Positions 19,376 to 27,397 are shown, counted from the first letter of the stretch. The stretch is DNA of 46,394 bases from an uncultured Erysipelotrichaceae bacterium (GCA_902776735.1 CACYRE010000001.1:1-46394); one strand, 5' to 3'. Translations and numbers: made by a program. Notes: generated by a model not told the origin, from the letters alone.

Positions 19376-20560
19376 AATTGACCGTCTATTCCGGTCTGTC
19401 AATGTAGATTCTCCCAAACCTATACTAAAATAGATAAGGTTAGTAGTTCTGTGTACTTCTTCCTTTCGACCATCCATTTTGTAAATATGTGTCTAAATCT
19501 TCAGGTAGAATAAGTTTATTGGTTATTAAATTATTAACCCACATTTTACCTTTATTCCATGGAACTTTATGATACATAGGATTATTTTCGCCTTTTAAAG
19601 CTTTAGATAATTTAAATTTAGTTTCTTCGGAAATAGACCTACCTTTTTTTGATTTAGATATTTTAACTTTAGTTTCTTTAGAAAGAGACCTATCTTTTTT
19701 ATATCTGTCTTTTTTAGGAATGCTTATTTCGCCTAAAGCATATCTAGACTTTAAAGTATTAGAAATTTTATTTTTAGTTTCTTTAGATATATTTTTACCT
19801 TTATTCCAAGGAATATAATTTTTAGTTCGTATTTTTGCAGCTTTAGACATTCTTTCTTTAGTTTCCTCTGAAAATTGTCTATTTTTTAAAGATTTTGATA
19901 ATTTAAATTTATGTTCATTAGATAAAGCTTTACATTTTTTACCTTTATTCCAAGGAATTTGTCCTTTATGAGATAAAGATAATCTTTCTTTTGTTTCTAA
20001 TGAATAACCATTTTCTTTTACAGCTTTATTATATCCAGACCAGCCTTCATTTTCTCCACCATAAGAATTATTATAATATTTATCACTTCTTACAGCATTA
20101 GCAGCTTCTATCCATTTTATTTCAGCTTTATCTAAGTCTTCTTGATTCGTGTTTACTTCTTCTAAAATTCTAACTTTAAAATTATCTTTTCCATATTTAT
20201 TTAAAGCTTTCTTAAACTTAATGCCTGAGCCATAATAATTATTATCAAATTTATCAGACTTATGTTTACCTATATATTTCTTATTATTTATTAAATTAGT
20301 AGTTTCATATATGTAACCATACGTAGTTATAGTACCTCCTATAATTATATAATTTAGCTACATTTTCAGCTCCATCAAAGTTCCCGTGTACACCTGAGGT
20401 ATAGTTATTGTTAGTATTTCCTATACAGTACATCAAAGACTAACTGCACAAACTGGCCCAGGGACCGTTATATCGGAGTCAATTAATACGTTTTTTCGTC
20501 TATCAATTTCTAATAGCTAGCCTCACTATCTTACTTTATCAAGATATATCCGAACCCCGG
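19376..20560 (-). ncRNA. Candidate structured ncRNA (about 215-nt 5' part 20345-20560 plus about 60-nt 3' part 19376-19439) interrupted by a GIY-YIG ORF
   Basis: GC-enriched multi-hairpin sequence starting right after the tRNA-Cys CCA; AATGTAG upstream of the ORF complements CTACATT downstream; terminal GACCG-GAATAGA-CGGTC hairpin. Family not recognised. Confidence 0.45.
19440..20330 (-). CDS. GIY-YIG (Seg-like) homing endonuclease with NUMOD3-type repeats, 296 aa, probable ATA start
   Basis: The frame is open well beyond the track ORF: ITTYGYIYETTNLINNKKYIGKH...YYGSG...KYGKDNF...E..WI...YYN...GG, then S.ETK.KIS/PWNKG repeats. RBS AGGAGG sits 4 nt before ATA at 20330. Confidence 0.85.
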   Translation of the reverse strand: MTTYGYIYETTNLINNKKYIGKHKSDKFDNNYYGSGIKFKKALNKYGKDNFKVRILEEVNTNQEDLDKAEIKWIEAANAVRSDKYYNNSYGGENEGWSGYNKAVKENGYSLETKERLSLSHKGQIPWNKGKKCKALSNEHKFKLSKSLKNRQFSEETKERMSKAAKIRTKNYIPWNKGKNISKETKNKISNTLKSRYALGEISIPKKDRYKKDRSLSKETKVKISKSKKGRSISEETKFKLSKALKGENNPMYHKVPWNKGKMWVNNLITNKLILPEDLDTYLQNGWSKGRSTQNY

Positions 20561-20636
20561 TGGAGGGATATATTGGATTTGAACCAATGATAAGAGTTTT
20601 GCAGACTCTGGCCTTAACCATCTTGGCTAATATCCC
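20561..20636 (-). tRNA. tRNA-Cys(GCA), CCA encoded
   Basis: GGGATAT/ATATCCC acceptor; AGAGT-CTGCAAA-ACTCT anticodon arm; TTCAAAT T-loop; U73 discriminator. Confidence 0.93.
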
Positions 20637-21376
20637 ATCTTTTGAGTTTCATTAAATTTAATAACATTTTGTATAAACTCATTATTATATTGATTAGCTA
20701 TAGATTGTACATCTTTGTTTAAACAATGACTATCCCAATAAGGTTTATCTTTATATACAAAAGTATGTGATGGATTTACTCTTGGGTCTAATATAAATAA
20801 TTCTCTTAATTCTTCATAGTTAATATTCTCTTTTTTACATATATTATAGTATGCTTGACAAAAACTAACTTTAGTTGCTAAAAATGAATTTTCCATAAAT
20901 TTAACTAATTCAGCTAATTTAGGTTCTACTATTCTAAAAGTATGTCTTCCATCATAACACGGTAACAAAGCTTGAATTATTTTAGTACAATCTTCTTTAT
21001 TTCCACCTAATATAGTAAAATCAAAAGAATAATTATTACAATGTTTAGTTGCTCCATAATATTCTGGACTAAATACAATATGTTTATTTAACTCTTTATT
21101 TAATTTATCAACCGTTCCTACTGGACATGTTGATTTTATACAATAAATATCACAATCATTTTCTAAAATAGCATTTTTAACTTCTATAATATTAACTAGT
21201 CCACCCATTAAAGGAGTATCTACACAAATAAAACCTATATCATATTTAATATTTCTCTTTGTATTTACTTCTGGTTTATATTTATCTATTATATCTGGAT
21301 TTATGTCTTTTAATTCTTCAGCTAAATTATGACCTACAACCCCATATCCAATAATTAATATATTATTCAATATCAT
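20627..21376 (-). CDS. UDP-glucose/GDP-mannose dehydrogenase family protein (short form)
   Basis: IIGYGVVG, ICVDTP, IKSTCPVGT, FSPEY, AELVKFMENSFLATKVSF, DPRV, SHCLNKD (catalytic Cys retained). Confidence 0.85.
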   Translation of the reverse strand: MILNNILIIGYGVVGHNLAEELKDINPDIIDKYKPEVNTKRNIKYDIGFICVDTPLMGGLVNIIEVKNAILENDCDIYCIKSTCPVGTVDKLNKELNKHIVFSPEYYGATKHCNNYSFDFTILGGNKEDCTKIIQALLPCYDGRHTFRIVEPKLAELVKFMENSFLATKVSFCQAYYNICKKENINYEELRELFILDPRVNPSHTFVYKDKPYWDSHCLNKDVQSIANQYNNEFIQNVIKFNETQKMGY

Positions 21377-21396
21377 ACTCCTAAATTAAATTATGT

Positions 21397-21472
21397 ACAG
21401 GATTTTAATTTTTTAATTCAAGGGAGTCTCCTGTGTTTATACTCAACCTTTAGTTGGTCGCTATCCAACATC
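21397..21472 (-). ncRNA. Hairpin plus H-type pseudoknot element in the tRNA-Ala 3' trailer
   Basis: GTTGG/CCAAC hairpin; AAGGttGAGT/ACTCCCTT stem interleaved with ACAGGA/TCCTGT. Confidence 0.35.
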
Positions 21473-21548
21473 TGGTGGAATCTATCAGAATCGAACTGAT
21501 ACCTTCTGCTTGCAAAGCAGATGTGCTAACCATTATCACTAAGACCCC
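21473..21548 (-). tRNA. tRNA-Ala(TGC), CCA encoded
   Basis: GGGGTCT/AGATTCC acceptor with G3:U70; TCTGC-TTTGCAA-GCAGA anticodon arm; TTCGATT T-loop. Confidence 0.93.
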
Positions 21549-21553
21549 ATATA

Positions 21554-21629
21554 ATATCTAGGAGGAACCAAAGCAAACGTTATACTTTAGTTTTAGGTTA
21601 AAGTCGTAACCATATATTAACCTAGACAT
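21554..21629 (-). ncRNA. Candidate 76-nt three-stem structured RNA
   Basis: ATGTCTAGG/CCTAGATAT closing stem enclosing GGTTA/TAACC and AACTAAAGTA/TGCTTTGGTT hairpins. Confidence 0.35.
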
Positions 21630-21639
21630 CATTTTGACT

Positions 21640-21722
21640 ATCTCAGTTTACAGATTCGAACTGCTTCCTCCTTAGTTAACTTTCGTGGTTTTGACATACC
21701 CTAATTATTAACATGACTGGGA
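21640..21722 (-). ncRNA. tRNA-like element (acceptor plus T-arm, non-canonical centre)
   Basis: TCCCAGT/ACTGAGA acceptor-like stem and GCAG-TTCGAAT-CTGT T-arm; no canonical D or anticodon arm. Confidence 0.45.
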
Positions 21723-21730
21723 AATATAAA

Positions 21731-21834
21731 GCTCGAAGACGGGATTTGAACCCGTGATATTCTATATTAACTAGTATTATAGACGCCTCTCCTGATTATT
21801 TGTACACATAATTCATTATTCTGGCTTCTTCGAG
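21731..21834 (-). tRNA. Atypical tRNA-like gene with expanded D-loop and 11-nt anticodon loop
   Basis: Perfect CTCGAAG/CTTCGAG acceptor; GCC/GGC D-stem around about 35 nt; TCTATA/TATAGA stem with loop ATACTAGTTAA; ACGGG-TTCAAAT-CCCGT T-arm; no CCA. Confidence 0.6.
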
Positions 21835-21845
21835 AAAATTAAATA

Positions 21846-22454
21846 CTATTTTATTCCTGAATTTCCAAAACCAGTTGCTCCACGATTTGTATTGAAATAT
21901 TCTTCTTTAGTTATATTATGCTCTTTCAAGTAATCTTCTAAAGGAATATATTTAAATGCATAAGTCCTATAAACATTAACTGAACAAACTCTATCACCTT
22001 TGTGTACTTCAATATCATTATCACCATTATTTTGAATTAAAGCATTAATTATTCCTCTATAATTATTATCTACCCAAGGTTCTCCAACATCAATAGGAGA
22101 CCCATAAGTTTTTCCTAAATAATTTCCACCTCTATTTACAGAATGAACTCCAAATCCTTTTGGTATTCCCATTCCTATACCTAAAGAAACTTTCTCAGCT
22201 GTATGCGCTTTAATTATTTTATCTTCATTTAAATAAGCGTCATATCCAATATCACCTTCTTTTTTTCTTTCAGGTAATTTAGCGTCTTCAGTTTCTTTCC
22301 AAACTACAACTGGTACTTCTAATTCTTCTTCTAGATTCTCTTTAATTTTTTTCTCAAGAGTTTCTGTTCTTCCTAATAAAGTTTTATATTTATCATTTAA
22401 AGAATGAAATTCTGATTCTAGTTCTTTAATTTTTCTCTGTACGTCAGCTTCCAT
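21846..22454 (-). CDS. dut: Trimeric dUTPase-like protein with N-terminal coiled-coil extension
   Basis: IGYDA, VDNNYRG, KGDRVC and motif 5 RGATGFGNSG. Confidence 0.8.
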   Translation of the reverse strand: MEADVQRKIKELESEFHSLNDKYKTLLGRTETLEKKIKENLEEELEVPVVVWKETEDAKLPERKKEGDIGYDAYLNEDKIIKAHTAEKVSLGIGMGIPKGFGVHSVNRGGNYLGKTYGSPIDVGEPWVDNNYRGIINALIQNNGDNDIEVHKGDRVCSVNVYRTYAFKYIPLEDYLKEHNITKEEYFNTNRGATGFGNSGIK

Positions 22455-22455
22455 A

Positions 22456-22725
22456 TTATTTTTCCTCCTTTAATATTTGTTTGTATTTATCTAATATAGC
22501 TTTTTGAATTATTTCTCTTGTAGAAGAATTTATTGGATGTGCAATATCCATAAATTCTCCGTCTGAATTCTTTTTACTAGGCATAGCTATAAATAAACCA
22601 TTTATTCCTTGTATAATTTTAATTCCTTTTACTATAAAAGAATCATCTATTACAATAGACGCTATTCCAACTAATTTACTAGTTGTATCTAATTTTATAA
22701 TTTCAGTATCAGTTATTTTCATCAT
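22456..22725 (-). CDS. spoVG: SpoVG family protein
   Basis: MKITD...ASIVIDDSFIVKGIKIIQG.NGLFIAMPSKK..DGEFMDIAHPINSSTRE. Confidence 0.95.
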   Translation of the reverse strand: MMKITDTEIIKLDTTSKLVGIASIVIDDSFIVKGIKIIQGINGLFIAMPSKKNSDGEFMDIAHPINSSTREIIQKAILDKYKQILKEEK

Positions 22726-23452
22726 TTACTCCTTTAAATCTATTATCTAATTCAGATTCAGAACATACAATACCACAACTTTTATGTCCCTGTGTACATT
22801 TTCCTTTTTGAACACAATCAGGACCTACTTGATTTAATATTACAGGATTATATTTTTTTAATTCCTTATATATTAAATATGCTATATATTGAATTTCTGA
22901 AGTATTTCTACCACATAATCTTAAATTTAAAAAATGACACCATTCTCTTAAATTTCCAGACATAATTAAATTATTTCTCATAGCATTTGGTAAAACTTGT
23001 CTTGCGACAGAATGGTCTATTCCTAAATTTATTAAATCTTTATAATAATTCATACTAGTATCTAAAGACTCTTGATATTTTTCTTGTATTTCTATTGGTT
23101 GATTTAATAATTCTATTGGAATCTCAAACCCACCGATTTTTGAATAATCTATATAATGTTGACTTCCTGATGTAAAACTAAATAATCTATGTCGTGTTAT
23201 TTGTGCTAACAAACTTCGACTTGCTCCCTCAATCATAAAAGTATAATTAACATGTTCTAATATTGAAGTATGATTAAATTTAACACAATTATCTATTAAA
23301 TTAGTATTTTGTTTTTCATAATCTAATAATTGACTAGCCACATCTTGTTTACCATTAAGTTTTTCAGAATAAGTAATTCTAACTAATCCACTTAAATATT
23401 CATCAGAATAATTTTCACTATGATTAATCATAGTAACTTTTATTTTATTCAT
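22709..23452 (-). CDS. thyX: Flavin-dependent thymidylate synthase ThyX
   Basis: HTSILEH, SRSLLAQITRHRLFSFTSGSQHY, ARQVLPNA, GNLREW.HFL.LR, EIQ. Confidence 0.93.
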   Translation of the reverse strand: MNKIKVTMINHSENYSDEYLSGLVRITYSEKLNGKQDVASQLLDYEKQNTNLIDNCVKFNHTSILEHVNYTFMIEGASRSLLAQITRHRLFSFTSGSQHYIDYSKIGGFEIPIELLNQPIEIQEKYQESLDTSMNYYKDLINLGIDHSVARQVLPNAMRNNLIMSGNLREWCHFLNLRLCGRNTSEIQYIAYLIYKELKKYNPVILNQVGPDCVQKGKCTQGHKSCGIVCSESELDNRFKGVNDENN

Positions 23453-23957
23453 TTATTAATCTCCTTTTTATAATAGATTCTATTTTTTCATAAAAATTAG
23501 ACTCAAAAATATCTATTAATATTATATTATCTGGATATAATTTTTCTAATTCTTTTCCTATTAAATAATAATAATTATTTAATTTTTCTAAATTGTCATA
23601 AACCTTTTTAGTATCTCCTCTTTTATGACATCTACTAACTAATAAATTTAAATCAGAACTATATAAAATAAAATATAAAACATTTTTCTCATTAATTAAA
23701 GAAAATGTTTTTAAATGGTCTAATAATGAATTTTTAGGCATTCGATTATAAATAGTTGAATATACATCCTCAGATAAATTAAATCTATCTATTAATAAAT
23801 TATTTTTAGAATCAAGAACTGTTTTATAATCTTCAAACATAATATTAGATTTATCTGAAAATTTAAATTTAATAGTATCATTAAAAATATTTTTTTCTAA
23901 ATATTCTATAAGAGTAGATTTTCCAACACCATCTGGTCCTTCTAATACAATAATCAT
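23445..23957 (-). CDS. Thymidylate/dNMP kinase
   Basis: IIVLEGPDGVGKST; LIDRF.LSE.VY; RGD lid; adjacent to thyX. Confidence 0.85.
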   Translation of the reverse strand: MIIVLEGPDGVGKSTLIEYLEKNIFNDTIKFKFSDKSNIMFEDYKTVLDSKNNLLIDRFNLSEDVYSTIYNRMPKNSLLDHLKTFSLINEKNVLYFILYSSDLNLLVSRCHKRGDTKKVYDNLEKLNNYYYLIGKELEKLYPDNIILIDIFESNFYEKIESIIKRRLINE

Positions 23958-23962
23958 TATTC

Positions 23963-24358
23963 TTACTCCTTTTTTATATTATGCTCATTTAATAATGTTT
24001 CTATTCTATTTACAGCAGATTTAATCTGAGAAATTCTTACATCATATTGTTTAGCTAAAAGCTTATAAATTTCAGGTGATTCTCCTTTTTGTTTTATAAA
24101 TGTATAAATTCGTATTTTTTCTAATAATTTATACAATTTTTTACGATTTGGAATTTGTATTTTTTCTCCTGCTAAAATATCTAATAATTCTAAAGTTAAA
24201 TAATCATCTCCTATAATATTAAATAAAATTTGAAAAATATAAGAATATTCATTTGAAACTAATTTAATAAAAATATTCTTTTGTTCTTCTGTTAAATCTC
24301 TAAAAGCTAATAATTTTCCAACTTCAAACTCTTTATCATCTTTGTATGGATTAGCCAT
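23963..24358 (-). CDS. Putative Mor-like transcription regulator
   Basis: LLDILAGEKIQIP...C-terminal HTH-like LAKQYDV. Start moved to MANPY behind GGAGG. Confidence 0.45.
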   Translation of the reverse strand: MANPYKDDKEFEVGKLLAFRDLTEEQKNIFIKLVSNEYSYIFQILFNIIGDDYLTLELLDILAGEKIQIPNRKKLYKLLEKIRIYTFIKQKGESPEIYKLLAKQYDVRISQIKSAVNRIETLLNEHNIKKE

Positions 24359-24385
24359 TATGTTATCCTCCATTAAATATTATCA

Positions 24386-24940
24386 TTAGTTCATAAATAT
24401 ACCATAGTAAATTTCACCTAGTATTGCGGTTGTTACTAATGGAATTTCTTGTCCATTAAATAAACCGATTTTTCCTTCGTAAAGTCCAACTTTACTTAAT
24501 TCTCTTAATATAATTGGTTTATAATCTCCAAACATATAATATTTACTAACAGTTTCTTCTACTAAATCTTGGCTAATATTATATTTACTTACTTCAATTT
24601 CATCTTCATAAAACAATTTACCTTTATAATAGTCATCCATTGTAATACTTTCATAACGTTGCCATGTTTGACTTGTAATAACTTCTAAATCAGTATGAGA
24701 TTCTTTATTATGATGATACATATAATTAGTCATTGCATTTCTTACACCAGTGTAAATAAAAGTCCTTAAATTCTTAGATGGGTCATAATTACCAGAGGCC
24801 AATAATTCATAAGCTTTTAAATATCCTTCTTGCTTTAAATCCATCTCTAAATCTTGGTCTTTAACATAATAAAAATGTATTCTAAAAACAACAGTTACTA
24901 TATTATGTATCATTGATTCTACACTGTTTAAATTATTCAA
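24386..24940 (-). CDS. Sigma factor-like protein (region 2)
   Basis: DLKQEGYLKAYE...YDPSKNLRTFIYTGVRNAMTNY resembles sigma70 region 2.2-2.4. Confidence 0.65.
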   Translation of the reverse strand: MNNLNSVESMIHNIVTVVFRIHFYYVKDQDLEMDLKQEGYLKAYELLASGNYDPSKNLRTFIYTGVRNAMTNYMYHHNKESHTDLEVITSQTWQRYESITMDDYYKGKLFYEDEIEVSKYNISQDLVEETVSKYYMFGDYKPIILRELSKVGLYEGKIGLFNGQEIPLVTTAILGEIYYGIFMN

Positions 24941-24949
24941 TTAATCACC

Positions 24950-25984
24950 TCATCTCTTAACACTAGAAATATTTTTAACTAATATATACATAGCAATTTG
25001 AAACCTTTTATCTGAAGTAAACATTTCATATATTTTTCTATCATTAATTATATCAATTAAATTAAAAATTCTATCACCATAATATTTTATAATAGTTTGA
25101 AGATAAACATTATCTGTCATTTTTATTTTTAAGGATACTTTAATTACATCTAATACAAATTGTTCATAATCTCTTTTTAAAATATATAATGGGAAAGTTA
25201 ATAAAGTTTCTATTATCTTTTCTATTAATAAATTATCATTTTTAAGAATAGCTATAGTAAATTTATAATATAATTCTTTAGAAGATTGATTTAACCTAAT
25301 GAATTGTTCTTCTCCTAAAATTATATATTGGTCTAAAAGTATATGAGCATCTCTTAAATGACCACCACATCTGTCTACAATTATATTTAATATATTATCA
25401 TTAATAGAAACTTGCTTTTTATCTACTATAGATAATAAATTATTTTTTATATTTTCTTTATTTATTAAATCAAATCTTATTTTTAAACTTCTACTTCTTA
25501 TTGTAGGAAGAATTTTATCAATATGAGTTGTACACATTACAAAAAATATTCCAGAATTTGATTCTTCTAAAACTTTTAATAAAGCTGATTGAGCTTGTGG
25601 AGTCATTAACTGTGCTTCATCTAATACTATAACTTTATATCCTAAATTTTTATCAAAATAAAAAGTCTGTTTTAATTCTTTAATATCTGATACATTACCT
25701 GTCATTGCTGAATCAAATTCATCATAATATATTGTATTTTCTATATTACTTTTACAAAATTCACAAACACCACAATTATCTCCATCTTTAGTTTTATTTT
25801 TACAATTTAAAGCTTTAGCAAATATTCTAGCACATGTAGTTTTACCTGTACCATATTCTCCCTGTAATATAATAGATTTTGGAGCTGTATCTGGATTTTT
25901 AACTATAGATTTCAATAAATCTTTTACTAAATCTTGACCTGCTACATCTTTAAACTGTTGTGGTCTAAATTCCTGTGTAATCAT
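24950..25984 (-). CDS. dnaX: Clamp loader, DnaX (gamma/tau)-like
   Basis: FRPQQFKDVAGQ, GEYGTGKTTCARIFAKALNC, Zn-binding CGVCEFC, VLDEAQ, ALLKVLEE, TIRSRS, GHLRDA. Confidence 0.93.
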   Translation of the reverse strand: MITQEFRPQQFKDVAGQDLVKDLLKSIVKNPDTAPKSIILQGEYGTGKTTCARIFAKALNCKNKTKDGDNCGVCEFCKSNIENTIYYDEFDSAMTGNVSDIKELKQTFYFDKNLGYKVIVLDEAQLMTPQAQSALLKVLEESNSGIFFVMCTTHIDKILPTIRSRSLKIRFDLINKENIKNNLLSIVDKKQVSINDNILNIIVDRCGGHLRDAHILLDQYIILGEEQFIRLNQSSKELYYKFTIAILKNDNLLIEKIIETLLTFPLYILKRDYEQFVLDVIKVSLKIKMTDNVYLQTIIKYYGDRIFNLIDIINDRKIYEMFTSDKRFQIAMYILVKNISSVKR

Positions 25985-26301
25985 TAATAATTCCTTCCTA
26001 ACATTTTACAAAATTCATCCATACTAATTAATAAGTTATATCTATCTAATAGATAATATGTTTTTTGATTATTTATATACTGTAAAGTTATTATTTCATA
26101 ATAATATTCATCTAAATCTTTTATTTTAGTTCCATATAAAATTGCTTCTAAATATTCTGAATCTGTAGGTTTTAAAAATCTTTTATCTAATAAATAATAT
26201 CTTATTATATAAGGATGCCCATCTTTAGTTAAATATTTTTCTTTTGCAAAATGCAATAAACTATTGATATAAAGAAATAAAGGACTCATAACTAATTTCA
26301 C
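25984..26301 (-). CDS. Hypothetical protein
   Basis: 105-aa ORF translationally coupled to dnaX. Confidence 0.5.
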   Translation of the reverse strand: MKLVMSPLFLYINSLLHFAKEKYLTKDGHPYIIRYYLLDKRFLKPTDSEYLEAILYGTKIKDLDEYYYEIITLQYINNQKTYYLLDRYNLLISMDEFCKMLGRNY

Positions 26302-26680
26302 CTATAGAATTTAAAATTTCATTTTTCACTTCTTCTGTTATATTATTTATATTTCCAAGTCTTACATGATTTATTATACTTTGATTATTTACTTTTTCAT
26401 TATAATCTAATTCTAAAAATAAATAACCATTAGATTCTCTTAAAGATGCTACAGAAATATATGCAATATTAATAATATCTCCATCTTCTGTTAATATTGT
26501 AAAATCATACATTGCTTTATTAATTGATTTTAAAGCTATTATAGCTTCATCTGATGAATTAAAATCTATATAAATACAAGTATTTTCAGTATAAACAGTT
26601 AATCTGTTTCCTAAACCAGTTACTAATACTATATCTCTTGCTTTAATAACTGTATTTCCAAATCTAAAATTAGATACCAT
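26261..26680 (-). CDS. Hypothetical protein
   Basis: RBS AAGGAG; 139 aa. Confidence 0.6.
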   Translation of the reverse strand: MVSNFRFGNTVIKARDIVLVTGLGNRLTVYTENTCIYIDFNSSDEAIIALKSINKAMYDFTILTEDGDIINIAYISVASLRESNGYLFLELDYNEKVNNQSIINHVRLGNINNITEEVKNEILNSIGEISYESFISLYQ

Positions 26681-26707
26681 AAAAATCTCCTTATAAATAT
26701 TATTATG

Positions 26708-27394
26708 CTATAAATTAAATAATTCTATTTGAAGTTTATAATCACTAACTATCTCTTCAAATTTAGAATGATTAGTAATATCTAGTTTAACTAAATCTCC
26801 AGCATCTTTTAAAGATATATCATGTTTTAACTCTGAAATCTTACATCCTTTTAATTGATATTTAGCATAGCTTTGTCCTTTTTTACCTGCTTCATCATTA
26901 TCTAACATTAAAATAAATTTATTAGTTAAACCTTTTAACAATTCTACTTGATTTTTTGATAAATGACTTGTCATAATTCCTAATGTATTAGGAAATATAG
27001 TTGACATCATATCTCTATCTAAGTGTCCTTCAACTAATAATATAGTATCTCCATATTTGAAATCTTTAGATAATTTACCTAAACCATAAAAGGTTGACTT
27101 CATATTGCCAACCTTCATAAATTCTTTATTAGTATTAATACTTCTAAATACAATATTTATTACTTTATTAGCTATTATATTAGCCATCATTATAGCTTCT
27201 CCATGAAAAGACATAAATTGTACTAAATATTGTGGTATTTGTAAATTTCTTCCTCTTATAAATAATTCTCCTGAAGTAATTAATCTATAATTATCTGGTT
27301 TATATTTATAAGCATAATGAATATATGAAAACTTACTATCTTCTATTATAGGTCTTCCTAAATTAAATATTGCTTTTAAATTATCATAATTCAT
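26708..27394 (-). CDS. DNA primase-like TOPRIM protein
   Basis: ILLVEGHLD, LMLDNDEAGKKG, KDAGD; no N-terminal zinc-binding domain. Confidence 0.85.
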   Translation of the reverse strand: MNYDNLKAIFNLGRPIIEDSKFSYIHYAYKYKPDNYRLITSGELFIRGRNLQIPQYLVQFMSFHGEAIMMANIIANKVINIVFRSINTNKEFMKVGNMKSTFYGLGKLSKDFKYGDTILLVEGHLDRDMMSTIFPNTLGIMTSHLSKNQVELLKGLTNKFILMLDNDEAGKKGQSYAKYQLKGCKISELKHDISLKDAGDLVKLDITNHSKFEEIVSDYKLQIELFNL

Positions 27395-27397
27395 TAA

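Noticed and set aside
20345-20560. tmRNA, RNase P RNA, group I intron or theta ribozyme assignment
   Set aside because: No T-arm/CCA 3' end, no GAGGAAAGTC motif, and no recognisable P7 core or nested HDV-like double pseudoknot by eye; left as an unknown RNA.
21760-21783. Amber suppressor tRNA (CTA in loop)
   Set aside because: CTA is off-centre in an 11-nt loop without U33/purine-37 geometry, and TAG behaves as a normal stop in this window.
24365-24420. Possible frameshift at the 3' end of the sigma-like gene (another frame is open to GGA GGA TAA)
   Set aside because: No CGG or slippery site, and the open stretch is short enough to be chance.
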